NCBI GenBank assembly: GCA_043813915.1
Contig: JBDRKO010000026.1
Location: forward strand, 155-64,154
DNA: 64,000 nucleotides
Direction: 5' to 3'
From: Candidatus Omnitrophota bacterium
Lineage (GTDB): Bacteria > Omnitrophota > Gorgyraeia > Tantalellales > Tantalellaceae
The notes beneath the pieces are model-generated. The model was not told the origin of the DNA, made no database searches, and saw nothing but the letters and a program-made list of their open reading frames with translations. How positions within the stretch are numbered: the stretch's first letter is position 1; every line of letters begins with the position of its first letter. Shown here piece after piece: positions 1 through 9,448 of this stretch. The translations under genes and the position numbers were made by a program.

Positions 1-1
1 A

Positions 2-487
2 GACAAAATAAAAAGTCTTCGTGTTCACGGAAGCCGTGAAAAATATATACATGATGAAATAGGATGGAACTCACGTTTGGACAGCATACAAGCGGCGGTA
101 CTTCGCGTCAAATTGAAAATGCTGGATAAATGGTTAGACGGACGAAGGAAAATCGCGTCGAAATATAACGAAGCTTTCGCGGGATCTGATATTATAACTC
201 CTAAAGAAACCGGTGGGAACAAGCATACCTATCACCAATACACCATAGCATTTGATGATCGCGACGGATTGTTGAGGCATCTGAATGAGAAGGGGATAGC
301 GGCCAGGGTATATTATCCCGTTCCGCTGCATCTTCAGCCATGTTACAAGGACCTTGGCTTTTCGGCGGGGAGTTTCCCTAATTCCGAAAAAGCGGCGGAA
401 GAGGTCCTGTCTTTACCGGTCTATCCGGAACTTTCAGAGGACAAAATAGAATATATCATATCAACGGTTAAGGAATTTACAAAGTAG
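2..487 (+). CDS. DegT/DnrJ/EryC1/StrS-family PLP-dependent sugar aminotransferase, C-terminal ~160 aa (5' end lies upstream of the window)
   Basis: Frame is open from position 2 (DKIKSLRVHGSREKYIHDEIGWNSRLDSIQAAVLRVKL...). C-terminal motifs typical of ArnB/WbpE/PseC-type aminotransferases are present (GWNSRLDxIQAA, YYPxPLHLQP, SLPxYP). Ends 9 nt before the next gene. Confidence 0.75.
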   Translation, partial: DKIKSLRVHGSREKYIHDEIGWNSRLDSIQAAVLRVKLKMLDKWLDGRRKIASKYNEAFAGSDIITPKETGGNKHTYHQYTIAFDDRDGLLRHLNEKGIAARVYYPVPLHLQPCYKDLGFSAGSFPNSEKAAEEVLSLPVYPELSEDKIEYIISTVKEFTK

Positions 488-495
488 GGTGGAAT

Positions 496-1221
496 ATGGT
501 TGAAAACATTTTTTTATCTTTGATAATACCGACTTACAATGAAGAAACCAATATCTCGGATACGCTTGCCGATGTTTCCGGATATCTTGCGGATAAAAAT
601 TTCAACTATGAGGTTATAGTGAGCGATGACGGGTCTAAAGACGCGACGATAAAAGTGGTGGAGGGGATCAAAGAAAAACCGCGTAACTTAAAAATAATAA
701 GATCCGAAAAGAATAGAGGAAAAGGGCATGCTTTGAGATCGGCGGTGGACGCGGCTGTCGGGGAACACATTATGTTCATGGACGCGGATAGCGCGGTATC
801 CATAAGCGAACTTGATAAATTTATCCCGATATTGACAGACAATACCGATATATACATTGCTTCCAGAAGAATACCGGGGGCAAAGTTATCAATGCCCGCA
901 AACCGGAATATGCTGGGAAAAATATATATCTGCCTGGCCAATATCTTATTAGGGATAAATGTGAACGATATAAATTGCGGATTTAAAGTGTTTAAAAGAG
1001 AGGCCGCAAAAAAAGTCTTTTCCAGACAGATAATGAATGACTGGAGTTTTGACGCGGAATTAATTTTCTTATCGACTAAGTACGGATACAAAATAGGGGA
1101 AGTCCCCATAGAGTGGGTATATAAAGACACTTCGAAGGTGAGGCCTTTACGCGACGGTATAAAAAGTTTTATAAGCCTCCTGAAGATACGGGCGAATGAC
1201 CTGAGAGGGAAGTATGATTAG
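496..1221 (+). CDS. GT2 glycosyltransferase, DPM1/GtrB/ArnC-like polyprenyl-phosphate sugar synthase
   Basis: N-terminal LSLIIPTYNEE...VSDDGSKDAT (GT-A DxD region) and CGFKVF motif; ~240 aa size typical of soluble/monotopic UndP-sugar synthases. Confidence 0.7.
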   Translation: MVENIFLSLIIPTYNEETNISDTLADVSGYLADKNFNYEVIVSDDGSKDATIKVVEGIKEKPRNLKIIRSEKNRGKGHALRSAVDAAVGEHIMFMDADSAVSISELDKFIPILTDNTDIYIASRRIPGAKLSMPANRNMLGKIYICLANILLGINVNDINCGFKVFKREAAKKVFSRQIMNDWSFDAELIFLSTKYGYKIGEVPIEWVYKDTSKVRPLRDGIKSFISLLKIRANDLRGKYD

Positions 1222-1336
1222 TTAGAGTGTCAGGGTGTTATAGTGTCAAAGTGTCAGAGTGTCAGGGTATCAGAGTGTTAGAGTAAAAATTGACTCTTTG
1301 ACACTAATGAGCGAAGCGAATGATGACTCTAACTAA
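1218..1336. mobile_element. MITE-like miniature inverted-repeat element (119 bp) overlapping the stop codon of the upstream GT2 gene
   Basis: Perfect 11-bp terminal inverted repeats TTAGTTAGAGT (1218-1228) and ACTCTAACTAA (1326-1336). Inside are four 16-bp tandem repeats plus an inverted copy of the repeat unit (gactctttgacact, 1292-1305). No coding capacity. Confidence 0.4.
1224..1287. repeat. 4 x 16-bp tandem direct repeat (consensus AGAGTGTCAGGGTNTC)
   Basis: Units at 1224-1239, 1240-1255, 1256-1271 and 1272-1287, read directly from the sequence. Confidence 0.8.
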
Positions 1337-1560
1337 GCTGTGCTCTTTGCCATTGTTACGGTTCGCTGCAGGCGTATTATGGATAGAAGCCATGTACTAT
1401 GCGATTAGCAGTTGTTTAAAGGTTCGTTGTTCGTAGTCGGTAGTTTAACGGAATAGAGTTACAGTCAATACAACCCTATAAACTCAACAAACTCTATAAA
1501 CCCGACAAACTCTATGCGCCATGCTCTACGCGCTATGCAAAAAAACAAATAGGAACATAC

Positions 1561-2271
1561 ATGTACTTATCGATTATTATTCCGGCATACAATGAAGAGC
1601 AGCGTATAGGCGGCACTTTGAAGCATATGCGCGATCACCTTTCATCTAAGGACTATGAGTATGAAATAATTGTCGTCGATGACGGAAGCCGGGACAATAC
1701 AAGTTTTGCGGCCGCGGAAAGCGAATTGGGGAAAAGCGGGAAAGTAAAGGTGATCAAAAATCCCATGAATCGCGGGAAAGGATTTGCGGTAAAAAGAGGC
1801 ATCCTTGCCTCGGAAGGGAAGTATGTGCTTTTAAGCGACGCGGATATGTCAACCCCCTTGGAAGAAATAGACAAGCTTTTTGATCCAATAAAAAACGGAT
1901 TTGACGTAGCGATAGGTTCCAGAAGCATCAAAAGTTCGGATGTAAGAATAAAACAAGCGCGGTACAGGGAAATAATGGGGAAGACGTTCAACCTTTTCGT
2001 TAAAACATTGATAGTGAAAGATTTTAATGATACCCAATGCGGGTTTAAGTTATTTAAAGGCGATGTAGCGAGAGACCTCGCATATCTAATGAAGCTTGAT
2101 GGATTTTGTTTCGACGTAGAAATGCTTTATTTGGCAGGTATTATGGGCTATAAAATCGATGAAGTAGGGGTTATTTGGAACAATTCCCCTCAAAGCAAAG
2201 TTAGAGTATTTAACAGTTCCGCAAAAATGTTCATAGATCTTTTGCGTATAAAACGCTTACACAAGCAGTGA
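1561..2271 (+). CDS. GT2 glycosyltransferase, DPM1/GtrB-like polyprenyl-phosphate sugar synthase (paralog of 496-1221)
   Basis: LSIIIPAYNEEQRI...VVDDGSRDNT, CGFKLF; same architecture and length as the upstream GT2. Confidence 0.7.
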   Translation: MYLSIIIPAYNEEQRIGGTLKHMRDHLSSKDYEYEIIVVDDGSRDNTSFAAAESELGKSGKVKVIKNPMNRGKGFAVKRGILASEGKYVLLSDADMSTPLEEIDKLFDPIKNGFDVAIGSRSIKSSDVRIKQARYREIMGKTFNLFVKTLIVKDFNDTQCGFKLFKGDVARDLAYLMKLDGFCFDVEMLYLAGIMGYKIDEVGVIWNNSPQSKVRVFNSSAKMFIDLLRIKRLHKQ

Positions 2272-2311
2272 TCATATAAAGGCGGAAGCGTGACAATAAA
2301 GCAGGAATTAA

Positions 2312-3394
2312 ATGAAGAAAAAAATACTGACTATAGTAGGAGCTAGACCGCAATTTATTAAAGTTATGCCTTTGGCATTGGAGCTTGATAAATTTTTTAA
2401 CTCAAAGATAATACATACCGGCCAACATTATGATTATCAGATGTCAAAGATCTTTTTTAAAGAACTTAATATCCCGAAACCTTCTCACAATCTTGATGTC
2501 GGATCCGGCCCCCATGGCGCACAGACAGCAAAAATGATAGAGCGTTTGGAGAAGATCTTCAAAAAATATGCGCCAGCTTTCGTTATAGTGCCGGGAGACA
2601 CAAACTCGACTTTAGCGGGAACTCTGGCCGCGGTAAAACTCAAGATACCGGTTGTTCATATAGAAGCGGGACTCAGAAGCTACGTAAGGGATATGCCGGA
2701 GGAGATCAACAGGGTTCTGACAGACCATTCAAGCTCGGTGCTATTCTGTCCGACCAGGAACGCGATAAAGAATCTCGAGAAAGAAGGGATAAAAAAAGGG
2801 GTCTTTCTTTCGGGAGATGTAATGGCAGACTCCATCAGAAAAGCGGTTCTGGCGGCTAAAAAGAACAGGACATTGCTTAAAAGGCTTGGACTGAAGAAAA
2901 AAGAGTATTATCTTTTAACGCTTCACCGGGATTTTAATACAGACAGTAAAAAAGGATTAGTTTCATTGATCGGGAAGCTTGAAAAAAGCGTAAAAAAGAT
3001 AGTTTTTCCCGTGCATCCCAGAACCAAAAATGCGCTAGAATCATTCGGGTTGTTGAAAAAAATAAAGACAAACAAAAAATTTCTTTTGATCCCGCCTCAA
3101 GGATATGTCGATTTTGTTACTCTTCAGATCTGCGCTGATATGATAATAACCGATTCAGGAGGCGTGCAGAAAGAAGCGTATATGCTGAAAGTGCCGTGTT
3201 TAACCCTGAGAAAAGAGACAGAATGGGTAGAAACTCTTGCAGATAAGGCCAATATTCTGGTCGGAAAGTATGGCGCGAAGCTCAAAAATGGTCATTTAAG
3301 CTGTTCCCGCAAATGTACCTGGAAAGATAATGTCTTTGGACGGGGGAACAACTCTAAACGTATAGCAGAAACACTTAAGAGATATTTTTGTTAA
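2312..3394 (+). CDS. UDP-N-acetylglucosamine 2-epimerase family (WecB/WbpI/NeuC-like)
   Basis: N-terminus KILTIVGARPQFIKVMPL and HTGQHYDY...S motif typical of non-hydrolysing UDP-GlcNAc 2-epimerases; 360 aa. Confidence 0.75.
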   Translation: MKKKILTIVGARPQFIKVMPLALELDKFFNSKIIHTGQHYDYQMSKIFFKELNIPKPSHNLDVGSGPHGAQTAKMIERLEKIFKKYAPAFVIVPGDTNSTLAGTLAAVKLKIPVVHIEAGLRSYVRDMPEEINRVLTDHSSSVLFCPTRNAIKNLEKEGIKKGVFLSGDVMADSIRKAVLAAKKNRTLLKRLGLKKKEYYLLTLHRDFNTDSKKGLVSLIGKLEKSVKKIVFPVHPRTKNALESFGLLKKIKTNKKFLLIPPQGYVDFVTLQICADMIITDSGGVQKEAYMLKVPCLTLRKETEWVETLADKANILVGKYGAKLKNGHLSCSRKCTWKDNVFGRGNNSKRIAETLKRYFC

Positions 3395-3406
3395 CAGGAG
3401 AAATAG

Positions 3407-4390
3407 ATGCAGAAAAAAATGAAAATATTAATTACCGGTGTAGCGGGGTTTATAGGGTCGAATCTTGCGAAAAGAATGGCCGGAGAGGGGATCAATGTCA
3501 CCGGGATAGATAATCTGTCGCAGGGACTTAAAAGGAACATATCGGGACTGTCGAAAATGGACAATTTTGAGTTTATTAAGGCAGACATCCGGAATTACGG
3601 CTTTTTAAAGAAAAAGCTCACGCGTAAGAATTTCGATTATATATATCATTTGGCCGCGTTTAAAATACCCAGATACGGCAATGCCCTGGACACTCTTATG
3701 ATAAACGCCAAGGGGACGGAGTCTATGCTCGATCTGGCCCGCGATAAGAGATCTAAGTTCATTTTTGCCTCTACATCCGATGTCTATGGTAAGAATGAGA
3801 AACTTCCTTTTTCTGAGGAATCTGATCTTGTGCTTGGCCCTACCCGTATCAAACGCTGGGCTTACGCATCTTCAAAGGTCTTTGATGAACACCTTTGTTT
3901 CGCTTACAGGGAAAAATACGGTCTCCAGACGGTGGTAGTAAGGTTTTTCGGTGGGTATGGCCCTAACCAGAACACGACGTGGTGGGGAGGTCCTCAATCG
4001 GTATTTATAGATTGTGCGCTTAAGAATAAAGCCGTAACACTTCACGGTGACGGTAAACAGACGAGGTCGTTCACGTATATAGATGATACCGTTGAAGGTC
4101 TTATGAGGCTCATGCACCGTCCCTTTTATGATGGAGAGGTATTTAATATCGGTAATGTCCGCGAAATATGCATCGAAGACCTGGCGACCATGATATGGAA
4201 GATGATAAGGGATACAAAACCCAAGATAAAATTTATCCCGTACGATAAACTGCATAAAGGTTACGAGGATGTCATGAGGAGGGTGCCGGACACCCGGAAG
4301 GCAGAGAAATTCTTGGGTTTTAAGGCGTCCGTTCAGCTTGAAAAAGGTATGCCTCTGACTATTGAGTGGCAGAGGAGCGTTACCCAATGA
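3407..4390 (+). CDS. Extended SDR, UDP-glucuronate decarboxylase-like (UXS / ArnA C-terminal-domain-like)
   Basis: ILITGVAGFIGSNL Rossmann motif and YASSK catalytic dyad. C-terminal FGGYGPNQ...GDGKQTRSFTYIDD resembles the UXS/ArnA decarboxylase signature (GxGxQTRSF.Y..D). Confidence 0.5.
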   Translation: MQKKMKILITGVAGFIGSNLAKRMAGEGINVTGIDNLSQGLKRNISGLSKMDNFEFIKADIRNYGFLKKKLTRKNFDYIYHLAAFKIPRYGNALDTLMINAKGTESMLDLARDKRSKFIFASTSDVYGKNEKLPFSEESDLVLGPTRIKRWAYASSKVFDEHLCFAYREKYGLQTVVVRFFGGYGPNQNTTWWGGPQSVFIDCALKNKAVTLHGDGKQTRSFTYIDDTVEGLMRLMHRPFYDGEVFNIGNVREICIEDLATMIWKMIRDTKPKIKFIPYDKLHKGYEDVMRRVPDTRKAEKFLGFKASVQLEKGMPLTIEWQRSVTQ

Positions 4391-5151
4391 TATTTTTTGT
4401 CATTCCCGTCTATAACGAAGAAGACAATATAAAAAAACTGCTCAGCAACCTGTCTTTGCACGCTGAAGAAAAGGGATGGGATCATAATATCTGTATCGCT
4501 GATGATGGATCAAGCGATGCTACCGCGGAGATCGCCGGATCCATGCGTAAGGATATCCCGCTGGAAGTAGTTTCTAATAAAGTAAACATGGGTCCCGGCG
4601 CGGCTTTTGACGCGGGATTCAGGGTAGTTCTTTCTTCGGCAAAGCCGGATGATATCATAGTCACCATGGAAGCGGATAATACCAGTGACCTTATTGTCCT
4701 TGATGAAATGATAGGCAAAATAAAGAAGGGAGCGGATATCGCTCTTGCTTCCTGTTACGCGGAGAACGGCAGGGTAGAGGGAACAACGCTTTACAGAGCT
4801 ATATGCAGCCGCGGGGCCAATCTTTTGATAAGGATGATCTCCCGGGATAAAAGGATAAGGACCGTAAGCTCGTTCTATCGGTGTTACCGGGCCGGAATAT
4901 TGTCCAGAGCGTACCAAATGTACGGCACCGATTTTATTGAGGAGAAAGGTTTTGTATGTGCGGTGGATATACTTTTAAAATTGCAGAATCTGAATGCCCG
5001 TATAAGTGAAGTACCCATGATCCTCCAGTGCGACAGGCGCATAGGAAAAAGCAAGATGAAGACCATGAGGACGATAATATCCTATTTGAAATTGATCGTC
5101 AGAGAGGTAACGAGAAAAAGTGCCCGAATTGATGGAAAAAATCAAAATTAA
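4387..5151 (+). CDS. GT2 glycosyltransferase, polyprenyl-phosphate sugar synthase-like (ArnC/DPM1-like)
   Basis: MIFFVIPVYNEEDNI...IADDGSSDAT. The ATG overlaps the stop of the upstream gene (ATGA). The ORF-track start at 4366 is rejected because it overlaps the upstream CDS. Confidence 0.65.
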   Translation: MIFFVIPVYNEEDNIKKLLSNLSLHAEEKGWDHNICIADDGSSDATAEIAGSMRKDIPLEVVSNKVNMGPGAAFDAGFRVVLSSAKPDDIIVTMEADNTSDLIVLDEMIGKIKKGADIALASCYAENGRVEGTTLYRAICSRGANLLIRMISRDKRIRTVSSFYRCYRAGILSRAYQMYGTDFIEEKGFVCAVDILLKLQNLNARISEVPMILQCDRRIGKSKMKTMRTIISYLKLIVREVTRKSARIDGKNQN

Positions 5152-6427
5152 AGATCTCACTTTGTGGATAATCCTGGCGGTCTTTCTCAGACTGGCAGCT
5201 ATGATGATCGCTGTACACGGGGATTCCGTTTCCGTTAACTATTCTCCGAGTGAATTGGCGTACAAAGGTATTCTGGACATTTACCGCTATAAACGCGATA
5301 GTGTAGGCATGATCGGAGGATGGAGATCGTATTATCCGCCGCTTACATATTTTACGGTAGGTTTTTTTCAGTTCATTTCCAGACCCTTAAACCCCGGATT
5401 TTACGCATGGATACATGAGATATATCCTATCGGTATACGCCCATGGCTTGTTTCGAACGGGGTTTCTTTTGCTTTTTTTAAACATTTGTTTTTCATGAAA
5501 GCGCCGTATCTTTTGTTCGATACTTTTTGTCTTGCTTCTATTCTCGGATATATCGGCGATCCGCGTTCGAAAATAAGGGCTTTTAAATTATGGAGCGTTA
5601 ACCCCGTAATACTGTACGGCGTTTATATGTTCGGCCAGGCGGATATAATACCGGCCTTACTTACCGTGTTGGCTGTTCTGGCGGCAAGACGGCATAAGGG
5701 ACCGTGGGCGTTGATGCTGTTAAGCTTCGCCACGCTGTTCAAGACGTATCCCATGTTCCTTATACTGCCGCTATTGATAACGCAATCACGTTCGTTAAGG
5801 GATTACCTGAAGGGTACGGCGGCGATAGTCCTGCCGTTTTTTATTCTATTACCGTTCTATTTTTCCAGTAAATTTGCGGTCATATCCTCACTGTTCCCTA
5901 AGATCTATAGTGAAGATTCTCTCAGCGTAGATTGGATATTTCCGCTGAAGATCATATTTATGGTCCTTTACGCGTTCCTGATAGGGGTATGTATAAGGTC
6001 CAAAAAACGGGCGGATACGGAAATACCCGCTTTGAACCTGACTATGGCGGTCCTGATGCTTCTTTATGTCATATTTTTTGTTCATGTTCATTATTTTATA
6101 TGGGTAATACCTTTTCTAGTGATCGCCGTTTCTACGGGGGTGGTGTCGCCCCGGCTTTATTATGTTCAGATCGTTTGTCTTTTTATATTTAATCTGAACA
6201 GCCGTAACACGAGTACGGCATTGTTTATGCCGCTTGATCCGCAGTTCTTTTATGCGCTACCTGGATTGCCCGATCTGATGCATAATATTTCGATCAGATG
6301 GGGGGCAGTGATGTTAGCGGCAAGAATGTGTTTTGTCGTCATCTGCGTCATGATGGCTACGGACCTTTTAGGCGTAACGGCTTTTATCAAACGGCTACCG
6401 AAATGGATAGGCGGTAATGGCAGATAA
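5120..6427 (+). CDS. Polytopic integral membrane protein, GT-C-like glycosyltransferase candidate (DUF2029/PMT-like)
   Basis: 435 aa, more than 10 predicted hydrophobic helices. Directly downstream of a UndP-sugar-synthase-like GT2; no soluble-enzyme motifs. Confidence 0.35.
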   Translation: MPELMEKIKIKDLTLWIILAVFLRLAAMMIAVHGDSVSVNYSPSELAYKGILDIYRYKRDSVGMIGGWRSYYPPLTYFTVGFFQFISRPLNPGFYAWIHEIYPIGIRPWLVSNGVSFAFFKHLFFMKAPYLLFDTFCLASILGYIGDPRSKIRAFKLWSVNPVILYGVYMFGQADIIPALLTVLAVLAARRHKGPWALMLLSFATLFKTYPMFLILPLLITQSRSLRDYLKGTAAIVLPFFILLPFYFSSKFAVISSLFPKIYSEDSLSVDWIFPLKIIFMVLYAFLIGVCIRSKKRADTEIPALNLTMAVLMLLYVIFFVHVHYFIWVIPFLVIAVSTGVVSPRLYYVQIVCLFIFNLNSRNTSTALFMPLDPQFFYALPGLPDLMHNISIRWGAVMLAARMCFVVICVMMATDLLGVTAFIKRLPKWIGGNGR

Positions 6428-7310
6428 AACGTGTATCAATATCCATTTTGATTCGTTGGGGTGGACGCTCTCAAAAGATCCGGCTGCTTTTCATGACCCA
6501 AGCTTTTTTGATATCGCGGACCGGTTCTTCGCGGTATCGGGTAAATACGGGTTTAAGTATACGATCTTTGTTATCGGCAGGGATCTTGGAAATCCGGATG
6601 TGGCCGCCAGGGTAAAAGCATGGGCGGAAAACGGGCATGAAATAGGAAATCATTCCTACGGTCATAAATTGAATTTCGGTAGTTTAAACTATAATGAACT
6701 TGAGACCGAGGTCATGAAATCACATGAGATGATAGCGAACGTCTGCGGAAAAGAACCAAGAGGGTTTGCCGCGCCGGGATGGTCCAGTTCGGATAATTTA
6801 ACGGATATTCTCCGGAAGAACGGTTATCTGTACGATACGTCCGTATTTCCCTCATATTTCATGTGGATCGCTTCGGTAAAGGCATGGTGGAATTTCAGGG
6901 GAGATGATAGAAGAGGAGCTATATTACAACGAAAGGACAGATTAACCAATCTTTTTGCGGACAGGAAACCGTATATATCGAAAGGTCTTTTGGAGATACC
7001 CTTGCCCGTGACAGCGTTTTTACGGATACCATGCTGGCATACTATGTCTTTTCTGTTGCCAAAATCGTGTTTCGAGGCTACATTGAGATCGTGTCTCAAA
7101 CTTGAATACTTCTCCTATGTGCTGCACCCGGCAGATCTCATAGATAGTAACGATGTTAAAGACGCGAAGAATATCGAACGGTTGAATGTTTCGCTTGAGG
7201 ATAAAATGTCAAGGCTTTGCGGGTCTATCGAAACGATAATTAAAAGGAGCGGAGAGATAGTTACACTTGAAGAAATAGCTCGGGGGGTGATGGATGGTAA
7301 AAGCGCGTGA
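6417..7310 (+). CDS. Polysaccharide deacetylase (NodB/CE4 family; ArnD-like deformylase/deacetylase candidate)
   Basis: FVIGRDLGNPD...AENGHEIGNHSYGHK matches the NodB-domain His/Asp motifs; 297 aa. Confidence 0.6.
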   Translation: MADKTCINIHFDSLGWTLSKDPAAFHDPSFFDIADRFFAVSGKYGFKYTIFVIGRDLGNPDVAARVKAWAENGHEIGNHSYGHKLNFGSLNYNELETEVMKSHEMIANVCGKEPRGFAAPGWSSSDNLTDILRKNGYLYDTSVFPSYFMWIASVKAWWNFRGDDRRGAILQRKDRLTNLFADRKPYISKGLLEIPLPVTAFLRIPCWHTMSFLLPKSCFEATLRSCLKLEYFSYVLHPADLIDSNDVKDAKNIERLNVSLEDKMSRLCGSIETIIKRSGEIVTLEEIARGVMDGKSA

Positions 7311-7953
7311 ATATTTTGAAAAAGAGTACCAGGATTTCAATTCGTCATATAAACAGCCCGGCGAGCTTAAAGATGTTATTCGGAGACTATCCTTCAGGTT
7401 TAATAAGAAGGCCCTGGACGGAAGATTGAACGCGCTGCTTGATCTGGCGGGAGAGAACGTCAAAGGCAAAAGTATGCTTGATGTGGGATGCGGCCCGGGC
7501 TTTTATTCTATTGAGCTGGCGAAAAAAGGCGCTAAGGTAACCGGACTCGATTATTCTAAAGGGATGATAGACGCGGCGCGGCGAAATGCCGCCGAAGCCG
7601 GGGTCGGGGTTGATTTTAAACATGGCGATTATCTGGAGGAAGAGGGACATCCCGCGTTCGATTGTGTTTTCGCTACCGGCGTTATTGAGTATGTCGATCC
7701 GCGGGAGCAGCGGAATTTTATCAGAAAAATGGCGGATGCGTCGAAAGACGCGGTCATCGTGAGTTTTCCTAAAAAGTACATATTACACGCGTTTGCGCGT
7801 AATATATGGCTGAGAATCTTCAAGAAACTTAAGATAAGTTTTTTTTCCGATAAAGACATTGCTAATGTAACACAAGGTCTTAAAGAAACAGACAGGCGTG
7901 ATGTCGGCATTCTATGGGTAATAAAATTTAAGAGAGTTCAAAATGAAAAGTGA
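7294..7953 (+). CDS. Class I SAM-dependent methyltransferase
   Basis: MLDVGCGPGFYSIELAKKGAKVTGLDYS (motif I GxGxG), followed by an acidic motif II. Confidence 0.7.
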   Translation: MVKAREYFEKEYQDFNSSYKQPGELKDVIRRLSFRFNKKALDGRLNALLDLAGENVKGKSMLDVGCGPGFYSIELAKKGAKVTGLDYSKGMIDAARRNAAEAGVGVDFKHGDYLEEEGHPAFDCVFATGVIEYVDPREQRNFIRKMADASKDAVIVSFPKKYILHAFARNIWLRIFKKLKISFFSDKDIANVTQGLKETDRRDVGILWVIKFKRVQNEK

Positions 7954-9361
7954 TATAGTAATAGTCTATCCGCCGGTAGTAATGAAGGGAAATTATGAAA
8001 GTGTTGCTACCGGACATGAGGTGCCGCCGCAACCCCTTATTTATTTAGGTGCCGTGCTCCGTGAGAACAATTACAGATGTTCTCTGCTTGATGCCAACGC
8101 TCTGCATCTCGGTGTGGAAGAGACCATAGCCCGTATCCTGGCATTTTCGCCGAAATACGTAGGCATCTCTGCTCCCACGATGCTGATATCGGCTGCCGGA
8201 GAACTTGCCCGAAGACTGAAGGAAAAAAACGGCGACATTGTGATGATCGTAGGAGGTCCGCACATGAGCGCGGTTCCCGGCATGACCATGGAAAAATATA
8301 AAAGTATTGATGTCGGGGTGATAGGCGAGGGAGAAGTTACTATACTGGAACTATTAAAAGCATTGGATGAAAAGAAACCCCTCGGATCCGTCAAAGGTCT
8401 TATATTCAGAGAAGGAGACAGTATAAGGACTACCGCACCTCGGCCCTACATAGCGGACCTTGATACGATCCCTTTCCCGGCATGGGATATGCTCCCCGAC
8501 ATAATGGCGCATTATCAACAAAGTGCGGCCAGAATAGACAGGCTGCCCAGCATATCAATGGTCACATCGCGCGGATGTCCTTTTCAATGTATCTTTTGCG
8601 CGCGTAATGTATTCGGGAACGTGACCAGATCTCACAGCTCGGATTATCTTATCGGCTTGATCAAACATCTTAAAGAAGAATATAAGATCAAAAACATCAG
8701 TTTCGAAGACGAGAATTTTGTAGTGTACAGGGATAGATTGGTAGAGTTCTGTAATAAGTTCATTGACGATAAAACGGATATAACATGGGATTGTGCTTCC
8801 CATGTTAATAGCGTGACTCCCGAACTGCTGGCTCTTATGAGAAAAGCAGGCTGCTGGCAGATAAATTACGGTATCGAAAGCGGATCCCAGCGTATCCTGG
8901 ATTTTATAAAAAAAGGAAGCACTTTAAAAAGGATCAGAGAGGCGCTTACAATGACACGAAAAGCCGGTATTCTTTCGAAAGGATATTTCATTATAGGCCA
9001 TCCGACCGAAACATTAGAGTCAATTCAGGAAACCATAGATTTTATAAAGAAAATAGACTTGGATATTTTTCAAATGTCCCACATGGTTCCGTTCCCGGGC
9101 ACTGAACTCTATGAAAAAGCCGAACAATATGGGAAATTTGTGAACAATTGGGACGATATGAATATTTGGACACCGCTATTTATCCCCGAAGGATTGACCC
9201 AAGATATGCTTGAAAGAGAGGCAAAAAGGGCTTACAGGGAGTTTTATTTCAGGCCAAGGCCCATATTGAAATACTTTTCACGGATGATGAGACCTTCATC
9301 TTTTTGTAAATATGCGAAAGACGGGTTCAAGATATTTAAATTCTTACTGCGTAAAAGCTGA
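7943..9361 (+). CDS. B12-binding-domain radical SAM enzyme (class B rSAM), paralog 1
   Basis: N-terminal B12-binding-like Rossmann region; radical SAM cluster motif RGCPFQCIFC (CxxxCxxC). Clear paralogy with 55058-56446 (ILELLKALDEKKPLGSVKG vs IVELLTALEEKKPLSSVKG). Confidence 0.7.
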   Translation: MKSDIVIVYPPVVMKGNYESVATGHEVPPQPLIYLGAVLRENNYRCSLLDANALHLGVEETIARILAFSPKYVGISAPTMLISAAGELARRLKEKNGDIVMIVGGPHMSAVPGMTMEKYKSIDVGVIGEGEVTILELLKALDEKKPLGSVKGLIFREGDSIRTTAPRPYIADLDTIPFPAWDMLPDIMAHYQQSAARIDRLPSISMVTSRGCPFQCIFCARNVFGNVTRSHSSDYLIGLIKHLKEEYKIKNISFEDENFVVYRDRLVEFCNKFIDDKTDITWDCASHVNSVTPELLALMRKAGCWQINYGIESGSQRILDFIKKGSTLKRIREALTMTRKAGILSKGYFIIGHPTETLESIQETIDFIKKIDLDIFQMSHMVPFPGTELYEKAEQYGKFVNNWDDMNIWTPLFIPEGLTQDMLEREAKRAYREFYFRPRPILKYFSRMMRPSSFCKYAKDGFKIFKFLLRKS

Positions 9362-9448
9362 TTTTAATGTAAACACGCGGTAAATCTGTATTTCACGGGA
9401 ATAACGGTTCAGATCCGTGGATAGGACAAAGAACGGAAGAGGTAAAAA

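Noticed and set aside
606-1130. 174-aa minus-strand ORF antisense to the first GT2 gene
   Set aside because: Entirely embedded antisense in a confidently assigned GT2 CDS. Low-complexity S/L/I-rich translation, no RBS, no recognisable motifs.
1224-1287. Possible CRISPR array
   Set aside because: The repeats are 16-bp units in direct tandem without intervening unique spacers. No cas genes. This is a tandem repeat inside a MITE-like element, not CRISPR.
3872-4387. 171-aa minus-strand ORF inside the UXS-like SDR gene
   Set aside because: Antisense shadow ORF of a well-supported + strand gene; no family resemblance.
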